Assembly: GCA_964643685.1 (NCBI GenBank)
Contig: CAZXTN010000003.1
Coordinates: 10,462-74,461 of the forward strand
Length of the DNA: 64,000 bases
Source of the DNA: Candidatus Micrarchaeota archaeon
GTDB lineage: Archaea > B1Sed10-29 > JAJRYS01
Reading direction: 5' to 3'
The position numbers and the translations under genes are program-made. Below are positions 18,388-28,689 of this stretch, piece by piece. The notes below the pieces were generated by a model that saw only the letters and a program-made list of their open reading frames with translations, was not told the origin of the DNA and searched no databases. Numbering within the stretch: position 1 is the first letter of the stretch; each line of letters starts with the position of its first letter.

Positions 18388-20319
18388 TTAAAAAATAAAC
18401 TTGAGGAGAATGACAATCATTACAAGAATAGCAACTGCAAGGGCTACAATCATTAAAGCTTCTAAACTGAATTCAGGCACTTCAAATTTTTCCTTGTAGA
18501 AATTCACGTCAAACTCGTAAGAGTAATGAGCGTTGACAAAACCGGTTTCAAAGCCTTGCAAGTCAATCTTGTAAACTCCTTCATCATTAGGATAGAATAT
18601 TGATTCATAAAGTCCTGTTTGTTCATTTTGACTGAAGTCCGCTTTAATAGTCCTGCCTGACGGCTCGACAATGCTTCCTATGACAAGGGCTCCTGGTACA
18701 GAACGGTTTTCTTCATCAAGCAAGTCAACTTTAATTAAAACACCTTTTGACTTGTTCAATTCAATTGACTCGTTTTCATAAGGAGAAACAATTGAAAAAT
18801 TAAGCACATGAGGGCTTATTTGAAAACTTGTTTCAGCAACTGCTGTCAAATCCAAGTACTTGGCAACTGCTTTCAAGGAATAGTCACCGCTTGAAAGACG
18901 AGGAGTTGAATAAGCATATTCTCCATAAGAGTCATAACTCATTTCATGCTTCTCGTCATTCAAGAAAATATAAACAGAGGCATTAGGCAACCTAACGTCG
19001 TTGTAAAGAACTAAAGTTCTTATGTTCAAGCTGCTGTTTTCAACATAAACTTCAGGCAAAGGGCTTAAAATGTTTACAGTGAAATTTTCAACTTCAGCTA
19101 ATTGAGTTGAATTGCCAACAATCAAGAAAATTGTTTTGACTGCTTTTTCATTTCCCTTCTCTAAGTGGAATTCAACAGAGTAATCACCTGACTCGTTGAA
19201 GAAATAAGAAGCTTCATAAGAGAACCTGCCTGCAGTCATTTCAACTGAGTCATAATCCTCTCCATAACGCTTGATTTTCATAACTGCGTCAGCGTCGCTG
19301 ATAAGCAAGCCCCTCTCGTCAAAAAAATTAACTTCAAAACTGACGCTTGAATTCAAGGAATAATTAAACACACCTGGCTCAACCAAGTAAATACTCGGCC
19401 CATTTGAAATGGAATTTTCAGACTGTGTTTCAGAAACAGAAACAGGCACATCCTTAACCAAGTCAAAATCATTGTATTTGATTTCAACAGCAAGGGAATA
19501 ATTTCCGCTTGTAACATTCAAAGGAATAAAGCCCTTAAAAGCACCTGGGTAATACAAGCTAAGCTTCTGCTGGTTGAAGACAAAACCGCTTGAATTAACA
19601 AGCTTCACAACCCCTGTTCCGCTTCTAATGTTCTTGCTTCCATAAACAAAAACTGCTTCTACATAAGCAACAGCATCTTTTTTGAAAACAGTGTTTTCCT
19701 GTGGGGAATAAACATTAATGAAAGCAGTTTTTCCCTCATCAACGCTTAAAGAACAAAAAGCATGCCTGTGTGAATCGCTGAAAACAGCGTCAAAGTCAAT
19801 GTCATAATCGCCTGCAGGGAGCTTCAAGTACTTTGAAAAATGGCAGTCAACTCCTTTGTCCATTTTATAAGAACCTCCGTTAAACCTCATGAAAACACTG
19901 GCATCCTGGCAAAAGCCGTTGTCATTCGCGCTTGCTTCAAACTTGTACAAGCCAGTTTCTTCGTCAAAAACAGGTGGCTTGACATTCAAATAAGTTGAAA
20001 CCAAGCCATTGTCAGTTAAAACTAACTTTTTAATAACAGAGTCATTCACGCCGTCAGCATCAGTGACAGTTAAATTAACTATATGCTCACCTGGCTCTGA
20101 AAAAACAATCTGAAAATGCTCGTCAGAATGCTGTTCAATGCCGTCAATGCTCCAGATGTAATCAACAGCATCAATGGAATTGCTTGCATCAAAGTAAATT
20201 CTTAAAGGAGCATCGCCTGACACTGGGTTGAAAGTAAAATCAGCAACTGGCTTAGCTAATACAAAAGAAACTAGAAACAAAAACACTGCTAAAATTTTCA
20301 AAAACTTCACTGCAATCAC
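18388..20319 (-). CDS. Surface protein with N-terminal signal peptide, PKD-like domain and C-terminal TM anchor
   Basis: Signal peptide MIAVKFLKILAVFLFLVSFVLA; FNPVSGDAPLRIYFDASNS...NLTVTDADGVND is PKD-like; a long beta-rich body; C-terminal hydrophobic LEALMIVALAVAILVMIVILL. Confidence 0.6.
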   Translation of the reverse strand: MIAVKFLKILAVFLFLVSFVLAKPVADFTFNPVSGDAPLRIYFDASNSIDAVDYIWSIDGIEQHSDEHFQIVFSEPGEHIVNLTVTDADGVNDSVIKKLVLTDNGLVSTYLNVKPPVFDEETGLYKFEASANDNGFCQDASVFMRFNGGSYKMDKGVDCHFSKYLKLPAGDYDIDFDAVFSDSHRHAFCSLSVDEGKTAFINVYSPQENTVFKKDAVAYVEAVFVYGSKNIRSGTGVVKLVNSSGFVFNQQKLSLYYPGAFKGFIPLNVTSGNYSLAVEIKYNDFDLVKDVPVSVSETQSENSISNGPSIYLVEPGVFNYSLNSSVSFEVNFFDERGLLISDADAVMKIKRYGEDYDSVEMTAGRFSYEASYFFNESGDYSVEFHLEKGNEKAVKTIFLIVGNSTQLAEVENFTVNILSPLPEVYVENSSLNIRTLVLYNDVRLPNASVYIFLNDEKHEMSYDSYGEYAYSTPRLSSGDYSLKAVAKYLDLTAVAETSFQISPHVLNFSIVSPYENESIELNKSKGVLIKVDLLDEENRSVPGALVIGSIVEPSGRTIKADFSQNEQTGLYESIFYPNDEGVYKIDLQGFETGFVNAHYSYEFDVNFYKEKFEVPEFSLEALMIVALAVAILVMIVILLKFIF

Positions 20320-20463
20320 TTTAAATAATTAAGAAAAAACACTAATAAAAAACTACTTATTTATGAAAAGCCCCATGCAAAAAGCTCTAGAACAGGTTAA
20401 AATATGAAGTTTTGAAGCTGTTTCTTTAATGTTTTTAAACTAATAACTCTAAAAGAAAAAGCA

Positions 20464-22317
20464 ATGAATCAGAAACTCAAAGATGAAAAAATAAAAGTAG
20501 TCAAACTAACCAAGTACTTAAGGTCACTGCCTTCAACAAAACAAGCTTACTTCTTAATCATCTTAACTTCAATAGTAATTGGAATAGCAAGCCACTACAT
20601 ACTTACCAGAAGCATAAGCCCAATAGATTCCCTAAAAGCAGGCACAATAATAGGACTGATTTTTCTAGGATTGCCTACAATAACAACTGCAATACTGACA
20701 ACAACAATGACGCTTAAAACAAAAGCAAAAATAGACTTTAAAGAATCAGTCTACCTAGCAACAGCAGGAATGCTTATCATAACAATACCTTACTTGATTG
20801 GAATATGGCTTTCAACTTCAAACACCCTCTACCTCATTGACTTGCTTATATTCGGCTACTCAGCAATATTCCTAATAAGAGTAATTACAATAATACTAAT
20901 CACCCCAAACGGGATAATAAAATCAACACCAATCGCCTTAATCCAGCCACTCGCAGGATTCCTTTTCATTTCAACAATAACAGCAGTAAACACAGTATAC
21001 ACCCTCATACCAATGCCGCAGATAAACATATTCACATTCACTGCAAAATCACTAATAAGCCTGGCAATAATGGTTGGAAGCACAATACTCCTGATAAAAG
21101 CAATCGACGCGCCGATGAAAAAAAACTTCGGCATAAAATCAACAACACTTACCAGAGCTTTCCTCGCCCACTGGCTGAACAACTCCCTTGACATAGAAGA
21201 AAAAATGGCACCTTCAACAGAAAAAATAAACGCCTTAATAGGAATCATAACATTCAAGGCAAAAAACAAAATAAAAGCAGTGCTGATAACCCCTTACCTG
21301 CACCCAGGGCCATTCGCAGAAATAGCAGGAGCAAAAATAGCAAAAGAACTGACAAAAATAGACAAAGACCTAAACACCACTACCCTCGTGGCACACGGAA
21401 CAGCAACCCACGACTTAAACCCAATGAGAACAGAAGACCTGCCTAAAATAAGAAAAACAATAACCCAGAAAATCAAAGCAATGAAATTCAAAAAAGAAAA
21501 AATGTCATTTGAAAAAGCAGAGACAAAAAACGCTGAAATGACAGGCGCGTCATTCGGAGACAACGTGTTCATGGCATCTTCTTTTTACCCGAAAGCAACA
21601 GAAGACATTGACTTGTCAATAGGAAAAAACATAATGAGCAAAATGGAAAAAAACTTCACAAACGCCATTTACGCAGACGCGCATAATTGCAACAGGGACG
21701 GGCACTTCACAGTATTTTCAGGAGACCCTAGAACAGCTTACCTTGAAGAAGCAGCAGAACAGCTAAGCAGAAAGCTGCTGAAAGCAAAAAAAGAAAACTT
21801 TCAAGTAGGAGTAAGCGCAGTTAAAATCAAAAACTACTCAGAAAAAGAAGGCTTGGGGACAGCAGGCATAAGAACCCTTCTTTTCAAAACACAATCAGGA
21901 AAAAAATACGCTTTCATAATAATAGACGCTAACAATTTGAAAGGCAACTTGAGAAAAACAATCCTCGATGAAGCCAAAAAACAAGGAATAGAAAAAGCAG
22001 AGGTAATGACAACAGACTCGCATACAGTAAACAACATTCAAGGAGTATACAACCCGTTCGGAGAAAGAATACCATTGAATGAAATCAAAAAAGCAATAAG
22101 AAAAGGAATTGAAGAAGCTGAAAAAAACCTGGAGCAAGCAGAAGTAAGCGTGGAAAAAATAAAAGTCCCTGGAATAAGAGTGCTTGGAATGCAAAGAGCA
22201 AGCGAATTAATAGCAACTATAAATTCAATAGTTTCTTCAATGACAATACTAGGGCCTTTCGTCCTGGCAAGCGGAATACTGCTTTCGCTTCTGTCAATAT
22301 TAATAATAACATGGTGA
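20464..22317 (+). CDS. Large polytopic membrane protein (DUF2070-like)
   Basis: 617 aa; about 10 N-terminal TM helices, a soluble middle domain and a C-terminal TM. Architecture resembles the archaeal DUF2070 family (assignment from memory, unverified). Confidence 0.4.
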   Translation: MNQKLKDEKIKVVKLTKYLRSLPSTKQAYFLIILTSIVIGIASHYILTRSISPIDSLKAGTIIGLIFLGLPTITTAILTTTMTLKTKAKIDFKESVYLATAGMLIITIPYLIGIWLSTSNTLYLIDLLIFGYSAIFLIRVITIILITPNGIIKSTPIALIQPLAGFLFISTITAVNTVYTLIPMPQINIFTFTAKSLISLAIMVGSTILLIKAIDAPMKKNFGIKSTTLTRAFLAHWLNNSLDIEEKMAPSTEKINALIGIITFKAKNKIKAVLITPYLHPGPFAEIAGAKIAKELTKIDKDLNTTTLVAHGTATHDLNPMRTEDLPKIRKTITQKIKAMKFKKEKMSFEKAETKNAEMTGASFGDNVFMASSFYPKATEDIDLSIGKNIMSKMEKNFTNAIYADAHNCNRDGHFTVFSGDPRTAYLEEAAEQLSRKLLKAKKENFQVGVSAVKIKNYSEKEGLGTAGIRTLLFKTQSGKKYAFIIIDANNLKGNLRKTILDEAKKQGIEKAEVMTTDSHTVNNIQGVYNPFGERIPLNEIKKAIRKGIEEAEKNLEQAEVSVEKIKVPGIRVLGMQRASELIATINSIVSSMTILGPFVLASGILLSLLSILIITW

Positions 22318-22324
22318 AAAAAAA

Positions 22325-23446
22325 ATGAAAATTGGGTATTTTACTGAAACTTACTTGCCTCAGACAAACGGAGTTGTTGAGTCAATAAACAACCTCGGGC
22401 AGGAGCTTGTTAAACGAGGACATGAAGTGCATATTTTCGCGCCTAATCCAGGAATAAAAGAATACAAAGGAATGAAAATACACCCTGTTCCAGGCATAAA
22501 CTTCAAGCCTTACCCTGATTACAAAATAGCAATACCTATAAAAGTAAAAGTGCCTGAACTTGACATCGTGCATACCCACGGGCCTTTTTCAATGGGAGTA
22601 TACGGGCTTTACATAGCTAAAAAGCAACGCATACCAGCAGTGTCAACTTACCATACTCTCTTGTCAGAATACGTTGATTATGTTTCAAGGCACTGGCAGA
22701 AAGTAACTAAAAAAATAGCAGAGGAGTACTGCGAGTATCACTACAGAAGATATGATTCTTTAATTACGCCAAGCAGTTACATGAAACAAAGCCTTTCAAA
22801 AAAACTGCAGTTGAAAACAACTGTAATTCCAACGCCCATCAAAAACCTGAAGCCAGTGGCAAACGCGAAGAAAAAACTAGGACTGCAGAAATACAAGAGA
22901 GTTTACTTGCATTTAGGAAGAATAAGCCCTGAGAAAAGCATTGACGTCATACTAAAAGCAGTTCCTTTATTCGTGGAAGAAAATGAAATCCTGTTAATTG
23001 CAGGCAAAGGGCCTGAACTTCCAAAGCTTAAAAAACTCGCAAAAGAACTTAAGCTTGGGAAAAAAGTCAAATTCCTCGGCTACGTGCCTGAAGAACTGAA
23101 AACAACTTATTACTCAGCAGCTGACTTGTTCATAACAGCTTCTAAAAGCGAAACAGAAGGACTTGTAGTCATTGAAGCGCAGGCATGCGGAACTCCTGTA
23201 ATAGCACCTGAAGCAACAGCAATGCCTGAATTAATAACAGAAGGCAAAAACGGGTACTTGTTCACGCCTGACAATTACAAGGAACTGGCAAGAGCAATCA
23301 ATTTCCACAAGTTTCCTAAGACAATGAAAAAAGAAGCAGTTAAAAAAGCAAGGCAGTACAGCATTAAAAAATCAGCAGACAAGCTTGAAAAACTATATGA
23401 AAAAGCAATCAAGCAAAAGAAAAAGAAAAAATTTTACTTCTTTTAA
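22325..23446 (+). CDS. Glycosyltransferase family 4
   Basis: 373 aa; EGLVVIEAQACGTPVIA and PELITEGKNGYL are GT-B/GT4 donor-binding motifs. Confidence 0.85.
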   Translation: MKIGYFTETYLPQTNGVVESINNLGQELVKRGHEVHIFAPNPGIKEYKGMKIHPVPGINFKPYPDYKIAIPIKVKVPELDIVHTHGPFSMGVYGLYIAKKQRIPAVSTYHTLLSEYVDYVSRHWQKVTKKIAEEYCEYHYRRYDSLITPSSYMKQSLSKKLQLKTTVIPTPIKNLKPVANAKKKLGLQKYKRVYLHLGRISPEKSIDVILKAVPLFVEENEILLIAGKGPELPKLKKLAKELKLGKKVKFLGYVPEELKTTYYSAADLFITASKSETEGLVVIEAQACGTPVIAPEATAMPELITEGKNGYLFTPDNYKELARAINFHKFPKTMKKEAVKKARQYSIKKSADKLEKLYEKAIKQKKKKKFYFF

Positions 23447-23461
23447 AAATTAAAAAAAAAA

Positions 23462-24622
23462 TCAATTCAAAAACTGTTCATATACTTCTTCAACTTGCTT
23501 TCCTACAACACTCCAATCAAAGTTCTTTTTAACTCTTTCATAAGCTTCTTTTGCCTTCTTTTTCCTTAACTTTGAATCAGACAAATATTTTTCAATAGCT
23601 TTACGTAGGGCTTCTGAATCCCGGGAAGGAACCATTAAAGCAGTATCAGCTAAAACCTCTGGAATGCCCCCTACATTTGTTGAAACAACAGGAGTTTCAG
23701 CAGCCATTGCCTGAATCAACACAATTCCAAACGGCTCATGCAAGCTCGGCAAAACAAACACGTCAGCAGCTGAATACAATTCAACCATCTCCTCTTCAGT
23801 CAACCTCTCTGGCTTAAGAGTCACCCTGCCTTTCAATTCACGCGAAGACATTAACTTCCTTATCTTATTCTCATAATCAAAACCGCTTGCATCAAACCTT
23901 CCTTTAATAATTAAATGAAAATCAAAGTCAAGCCCCTTCACAGCTTCTAATAAGTATTCTATTCCTTTCTGTGGCACGAGACGCGCGTCAGTCAATAACA
24001 AAAACTCTGCACCAACTTCATCTTTTAAATTAGTTTTTCTCCTCTTCCAATTTTTCACATAAATTCCGTTATAAGCAACGCCTGTCTGTTTTTTAGGGTA
24101 ATTTTTTGGAACAGTCACGTCAAGCGAATACTGCGAGTTAGCGAAAATGAAATCTGTTCTTCTCATTAAAAAATTGCCAAACAAGTCGTCAAACAAGCCT
24201 CCGAAAAAATTCGTCTGCCAGTTAATGTCTTCAGGACGGGAGTTATGAATTGTTAAAAACAGCTTTTTATGAAGCAGTTTTTTATGAAGCAGTAAGGGGT
24301 AATAGCTCAGGAAGTACCTTGAATGCAAGTGAATGAAGTCAGGGTTGATTTTTTTCAACAACTTGTAACCAGTGTAGGTATAGCCGATTGGATGAGCGTA
24401 AGGAGGAGGAAGCAGGGCAGGCAACTTGTATAATATGATGCTGTTGAGGCGGTGTACGTTTATGCCGAACAAGTTCTCTTCTTTTGCTTGTCCTTTTTCA
24501 CGGGAGCATATGACGTCAACTTCATGTCCTTTGCTTACGAGGTATTTTGACAAGTCAAGGACGTAATTTTCAGTGCCTCCTCTGAAGGGGTAAAAAAATG
24601 GGTTGACCATTGTGATATGCAT
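23462..24622 (-). CDS. Glycosyltransferase family 4
   Basis: 386 aa; EPFGIVLIQAMAAETPVVSTNVGGIPEV motif. Contains an in-frame 15-bp tandem duplication (LLHKKLLHKKL). Confidence 0.85.
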   Translation of the reverse strand: MHITMVNPFFYPFRGGTENYVLDLSKYLVSKGHEVDVICSREKGQAKEENLFGINVHRLNSIILYKLPALLPPPYAHPIGYTYTGYKLLKKINPDFIHLHSRYFLSYYPLLLHKKLLHKKLFLTIHNSRPEDINWQTNFFGGLFDDLFGNFLMRRTDFIFANSQYSLDVTVPKNYPKKQTGVAYNGIYVKNWKRRKTNLKDEVGAEFLLLTDARLVPQKGIEYLLEAVKGLDFDFHLIIKGRFDASGFDYENKIRKLMSSRELKGRVTLKPERLTEEEMVELYSAADVFVLPSLHEPFGIVLIQAMAAETPVVSTNVGGIPEVLADTALMVPSRDSEALRKAIEKYLSDSKLRKKKAKEAYERVKKNFDWSVVGKQVEEVYEQFLN

Positions 24623-24692
24623 GCTAGAATTAAAGAAAAAAGAGTTTAATAAAAGTAACTAAAAAGAGATTTAAAAAAAGGAAGGTGTTTTG

Positions 24693-24932
24693 TTAATGCT
24701 GTACTACTATTATGTCTTTGACTGACTTTACTCTCTTGTATAGCACGCTTTTCTTTTGAAGTATTTTAGACGCGTCTGTTTTAGAACTAGCCAAGCTTCT
24801 GATCGGCTCAGTGGTTATTCTAATGACTTCTCCTTTTTCCAAGTCAATTATGAAGTCATTGGCTCTGCCTAAATAAGCTCCATTAGTGTCATAAATTCCT
24901 AAGCCGTACATTTTTGAAACAGCGTAACTCAT
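24693..24932 (-). CDS. PRC-barrel domain protein
   Basis: 79 aa; G..IYDTNGAYLGRANDFIIDLEKGEV is a PRC-barrel signature. Confidence 0.6.
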   Translation of the reverse strand: MSYAVSKMYGLGIYDTNGAYLGRANDFIIDLEKGEVIRITTEPIRSLASSKTDASKILQKKSVLYKRVKSVKDIIVVQH

Positions 24933-25003
24933 GATTTAATTTTAACACGTAATTCATTTAAAAAGTTAATGCTTTATTAATGCTTGATGCGAGGTAAAAA
25001 GCA

Positions 25004-25921
25004 ATGGATTTTGAAAAATGCTTCAAGTTGCTGAATCCTGAAAGCAACAAAAGAGTAATAGTTGCAACTGCAGAGCCTGTTTCAGTTGCTTTGTATTTAG
25101 CAGGAAAAGCAAAAGAACAAGGCAAGGTAGTTGAAGCAACTGCCTTAACAGCGAACCTAGAAGAAGATAAAAGCATAAGAGACAAAGTATATGAAATTGA
25201 AGAAAAACACCCTGAATTAAAAGAAGTTATTGAAAAAGGCTTGCCTAAAACTGTTTTTGAAAAAACAAGTTTTGAGAACTTTCAGACAAAATTAAAATAT
25301 GATTACTTGGTTTTTGAACAAAATAAAATTGAAAAAAAGCACTTTGAAAAAATAATAAGTTTAGGCATAAAAAAAGCAGTTGTTTCCCTTCCTTTATCTT
25401 ATTTCATGCCAATGGAAGCTTATGAAACAAAATTCTTCTTGATTAAAAAAAGAGCAATGAAAAGCTTGAAGCAGCTGCTTGAAGAAGCAGGAGCGCATAT
25501 TAGTTATTACGACGCAGAAGGACAGTCTCTAATTGTCGTGTTTGAAAGCATTGAAAAAGCACTTGAATTCAAGCAAGCTGGCTTGGAAAAAGCAAGCGAG
25601 GAAATTGTCAAAGAACTTGAAAAGTACTTGAAATACGTGAAAGAAAACGCTGAATTTGCAGTGAAAAGCGAAGACGGAGAATACCTTTATTACATAAAAA
25701 CAATGCAGGGGGAAAAAGGTTTTTTTGAATATGAATTGATTTACTTCAACGGAATGCATAAAATCTCTGTAAAAGACAAGAAAACAAAAGGAAAGAAGTA
25801 TGAAATTGCCGTGCTTCCGAACACGCGTGTGTTTCAGAAAGAGCTTGAAAAAAAAGAAGTGATAATAACAACTAAAACAGAAGCAGTTAAATTATTTCAA
25901 GAAACTTACTCTCCTTATTAG
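25004..25921 (+). CDS. Hypothetical protein (305 aa)
   Basis: Clear ORF, K/E-rich, no motif I can assign. Confidence 0.4.
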   Translation: MDFEKCFKLLNPESNKRVIVATAEPVSVALYLAGKAKEQGKVVEATALTANLEEDKSIRDKVYEIEEKHPELKEVIEKGLPKTVFEKTSFENFQTKLKYDYLVFEQNKIEKKHFEKIISLGIKKAVVSLPLSYFMPMEAYETKFFLIKKRAMKSLKQLLEEAGAHISYYDAEGQSLIVVFESIEKALEFKQAGLEKASEEIVKELEKYLKYVKENAEFAVKSEDGEYLYYIKTMQGEKGFFEYELIYFNGMHKISVKDKKTKGKKYEIAVLPNTRVFQKELEKKEVIITTKTEAVKLFQETYSPY

Positions 25922-26002
25922 GCATAAGAAGGTAAAAACTAATTTAAACATGTAATGAGCAAGAAATAATCAGTAAAAAAAGGAGGAATATGAAAAGGAG
26001 GC

Positions 26003-26515
26003 GTGGAAATGGATTTTTTTAAAAAAAAGAAGAAAAAAGAAAATGATTTTTTCAGTGGTTTTTTCGACGATGATTTTAACAAGATTTTCAGCAACATGTT
26101 CAGAGACATACAGCAACAAATGGCTGAACTTGAAAAAAACATGCATGAAATGGAAAACCAGCCAGGAGTTAAGAAAAGAACTTATGGCTTCACTATGAAA
26201 ATAGGGCCAGACGGGCATGTTAAAATAGAAGAATTCGGCAACATTCCAACAGAAAAAACAAGCAAAAAAGCAAAACATCCTTTAAGGCAACCTTTAGTTG
26301 ACGTAATGGACAGGGAAAAAGAAGTAGCAGTCATAGCAGAACTTCCAGGCGTTTCAAAAAAAGACATTAAACTAAAGCTAAGCAAGGACAAGAAAAAACT
26401 TACGATAACAGCAGGAGACAAGTACTACAAAGAACTTAAACTCCCTGCAAAAGTTAAAAAAATAGAAAAACAAACATACAAAAATGGAATTTTAGACGTA
26501 ACTTTAAAAAAGTGA
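26003..26515 (+). CDS. Small heat-shock protein Hsp20 (alpha-crystallin family)
   Basis: LVDVMDREKEVAVIAELPGVSKKDIKLKL...GILDVTLKK is an alpha-crystallin domain. The N-terminal poly-K is uncertain; the true start may be ATG 26009 or later. Tandem AAGGAGG RBS upstream. Confidence 0.8.
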   Translation: MEMDFFKKKKKKENDFFSGFFDDDFNKIFSNMFRDIQQQMAELEKNMHEMENQPGVKKRTYGFTMKIGPDGHVKIEEFGNIPTEKTSKKAKHPLRQPLVDVMDREKEVAVIAELPGVSKKDIKLKLSKDKKKLTITAGDKYYKELKLPAKVKKIEKQTYKNGILDVTLKK

Positions 26516-26559
26516 AGCAGTACACGCCTTCCTTTTTTCCTTTTTAAAAAAATTGGTGA

Positions 26560-27036
26560 ATGTACAGAATGCCTGAATGCGAAATATGTGGCAGATACAC
26601 TGACGACTTGTACACTATTGAAGTTGAAAGAGCAATCCTGCAAGTATGCAGGCAATGTTCTACAAAAGGCAAGTTCATAGCAAAAGTAAGAGAAGAGAAA
26701 AAACCAAAAAAAATAGTAATAGTTAATGAACAGCCAGTTGAAGAACTAATTGACAACTACGACGAGCTCGTGAAAAAAAAGAGAAAAGAAGCTGGATTCA
26801 CTCAAGAAGAACTTGCTAAAAAAATAAACGAGCCGCTGTCAACAATTAAGAAAATAGAAAACGCGCAACTGCATCCAACTGAAAAAACAGCTAAAAAACT
26901 TGAAAAATTATTCGGAATAAAGTTGTATCAAATTGTAAAAAAACAGGACATAGAACAGCCTTCAGTTAAAAAAACAGAGCAAGGGCATCTTACTCTTGCA
27001 GACGTAGTGAGGATAAAAAAGAAAAAAAGAGAGTGA
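26560..27036 (+). CDS. Archaeal multiprotein bridging factor 1 (MBF1): Zn-ribbon + HTH
   Basis: CEICG...CRQC zinc ribbon, then an XRE-type HTH (EAGFTQEELAKKINEPLSTIKKIE). Confidence 0.8.
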   Translation: MYRMPECEICGRYTDDLYTIEVERAILQVCRQCSTKGKFIAKVREEKKPKKIVIVNEQPVEELIDNYDELVKKKRKEAGFTQEELAKKINEPLSTIKKIENAQLHPTEKTAKKLEKLFGIKLYQIVKKQDIEQPSVKKTEQGHLTLADVVRIKKKKRE

Positions 27037-27046
27037 ATTAATAAAA

Positions 27047-28327
27047 ATGAGTTACTTTACATGGGCGATAATAATTCTGCTGGCAACTGCCCCTGCCTGG
27101 CTTTTTAAAAAGTACTTGAAAATGGACACAGCAGGGCCAATAGTTCTTTGGAAAACAAAAAAAGGCACTGGAATTGTCAAGAAAATAGCTAAGTTCTCTT
27201 TCTTCACTTACTTAGCTGACTTGGGATTGATTTTTTCATTTGGATTAATAGGAGCTTATTACCTCTTGTTTTCAAAAGAGCACAAATACAAGTTAAAACA
27301 CGTGCTTGTCATGTACTTTGTTTTTCTCGCTTCAGCTTTGATATTCACTGAACCAACTGCATTTGCTGGAAAAATAACTCATCTTGACTTCATAATCACT
27401 TTGTTCACAACCGGCTTCGGAGGATTCATGTTCTATTCCCTCCTATGGAGCACGTGGGTAGTTGCTTACCAGTATTACATAGGAACACAACCTGTTCCAA
27501 TGGTTCAGCCAATAATACCAGGAGTAGACATTCCAGGAGCGCCTATAAAAGTTCCACTCAGCGCCTTAATTGGAATGGTTATACTTGTAATAGTCCACGA
27601 GTTCTCACATGGAGTACTTGCAATAAGAGAAAAAATAAAACTAAAAACACTTGGAGTAGCTACTCTTGGAATATTTCCAATAGGCGCTTTTGCAGAACCA
27701 GATGAAAAACAACTTGAAAAAACCACTCCTAAAAAAAGAATGAGAGTATACTCAGCTGGCTCAATGGCTAACTTTCTAACAGCAATGATTTTCCTGGCTT
27801 TACTAATCCCATCAACAGCATTAATCAACCCTTCATTAATGAATGATTATAGCACAAGTATAGTAACAGTAACACCTGGCTCGCCAGCTGACTTAGCTGG
27901 ATTAAAACCAGGAATGAAAATATACGGCACAAGCTTTATAGAACAACCTAGAATACCTAACACGCCAATCACTTTAAAAACAAGCGAAGGAGAAAAAACT
28001 ATAATCAGAAATGAGGAAGGAATGATTGGAATAACTTACGACACTCATTTCCAGCTTACTTCAAACCAATTAAGCCACTGGATAAAATACTACTACTTGG
28101 AAATAATTACCTGGACTTTCCTGCTAAACTTATTAGTTGGAATGTTCAACTACTTACCTTTTGCAATATTTGACGGCGCAAAACTATTCGAGGACTTGAT
28201 AAACTTTTACGACTACAAGCTAAGAAGAAAAAAAGACAAAACACTAAGCAAAAAACTTCTTAAAGGAATATTTTGGATAATAGTAATTACTTTCATCATA
28301 AACTTCCTACCTTACTTCATAAAATAA
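27047..28327 (+). CDS. Site-2 protease (peptidase M50) with PDZ domain
   Basis: HEFSHGVLAI (HExxH); PDZ-like VTPGSPADLAGLKPGMKIY; FDGAKL matches the LDG motif; multi-TM. Confidence 0.8.
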   Translation: MSYFTWAIIILLATAPAWLFKKYLKMDTAGPIVLWKTKKGTGIVKKIAKFSFFTYLADLGLIFSFGLIGAYYLLFSKEHKYKLKHVLVMYFVFLASALIFTEPTAFAGKITHLDFIITLFTTGFGGFMFYSLLWSTWVVAYQYYIGTQPVPMVQPIIPGVDIPGAPIKVPLSALIGMVILVIVHEFSHGVLAIREKIKLKTLGVATLGIFPIGAFAEPDEKQLEKTTPKKRMRVYSAGSMANFLTAMIFLALLIPSTALINPSLMNDYSTSIVTVTPGSPADLAGLKPGMKIYGTSFIEQPRIPNTPITLKTSEGEKTIIRNEEGMIGITYDTHFQLTSNQLSHWIKYYYLEIITWTFLLNLLVGMFNYLPFAIFDGAKLFEDLINFYDYKLRRKKDKTLSKKLLKGIFWIIVITFIINFLPYFIK

Positions 28328-28336
28328 AAAATTAAA

Positions 28337-28684
28337 TTGCTTTTCATGAACTCAAAACAACTGACAGACATCATTTACAAAGCAGCACGCGAAAAGAAAA
28401 ATGAGGAAAAAATCAAATTCATTACAAACGCTGCAATCGGCTACCTCGAAGCAGCTTTAACCATTGCAAAAAAACAAGAAAACCCTTCAAAACAATTGCA
28501 GCAGGAAATGAGCAGCCACGCTTCAACAATACAAATACTTGAAAAGCTTCAAAACAAGTACTTGAAACTAATGAAACAAAACCCCCATAAAAAAAACATG
28601 TACGTGAAAGAATACTACGGCAGGGCATCATCAGTGCTGAAAAAACTGAAATTCACAGAAACAGAAGAACTCATAAAGAAATAA
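28337..28684 (+). CDS. Hypothetical protein
   Basis: 115-aa ORF. Confidence 0.3.
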   Translation: MLFMNSKQLTDIIYKAAREKKNEEKIKFITNAAIGYLEAALTIAKKQENPSKQLQQEMSSHASTIQILEKLQNKYLKLMKQNPHKKNMYVKEYYGRASSVLKKLKFTETEELIKK

Positions 28685-28689
28685 TTTTC

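Noticed and set aside
25939-26278. Minus-strand ORFs overlapping the Hsp20 start region
   Set aside because: Phe/Lys-rich translations of an AT-rich promoter/RBS region, antisense to the Hsp20 gene.
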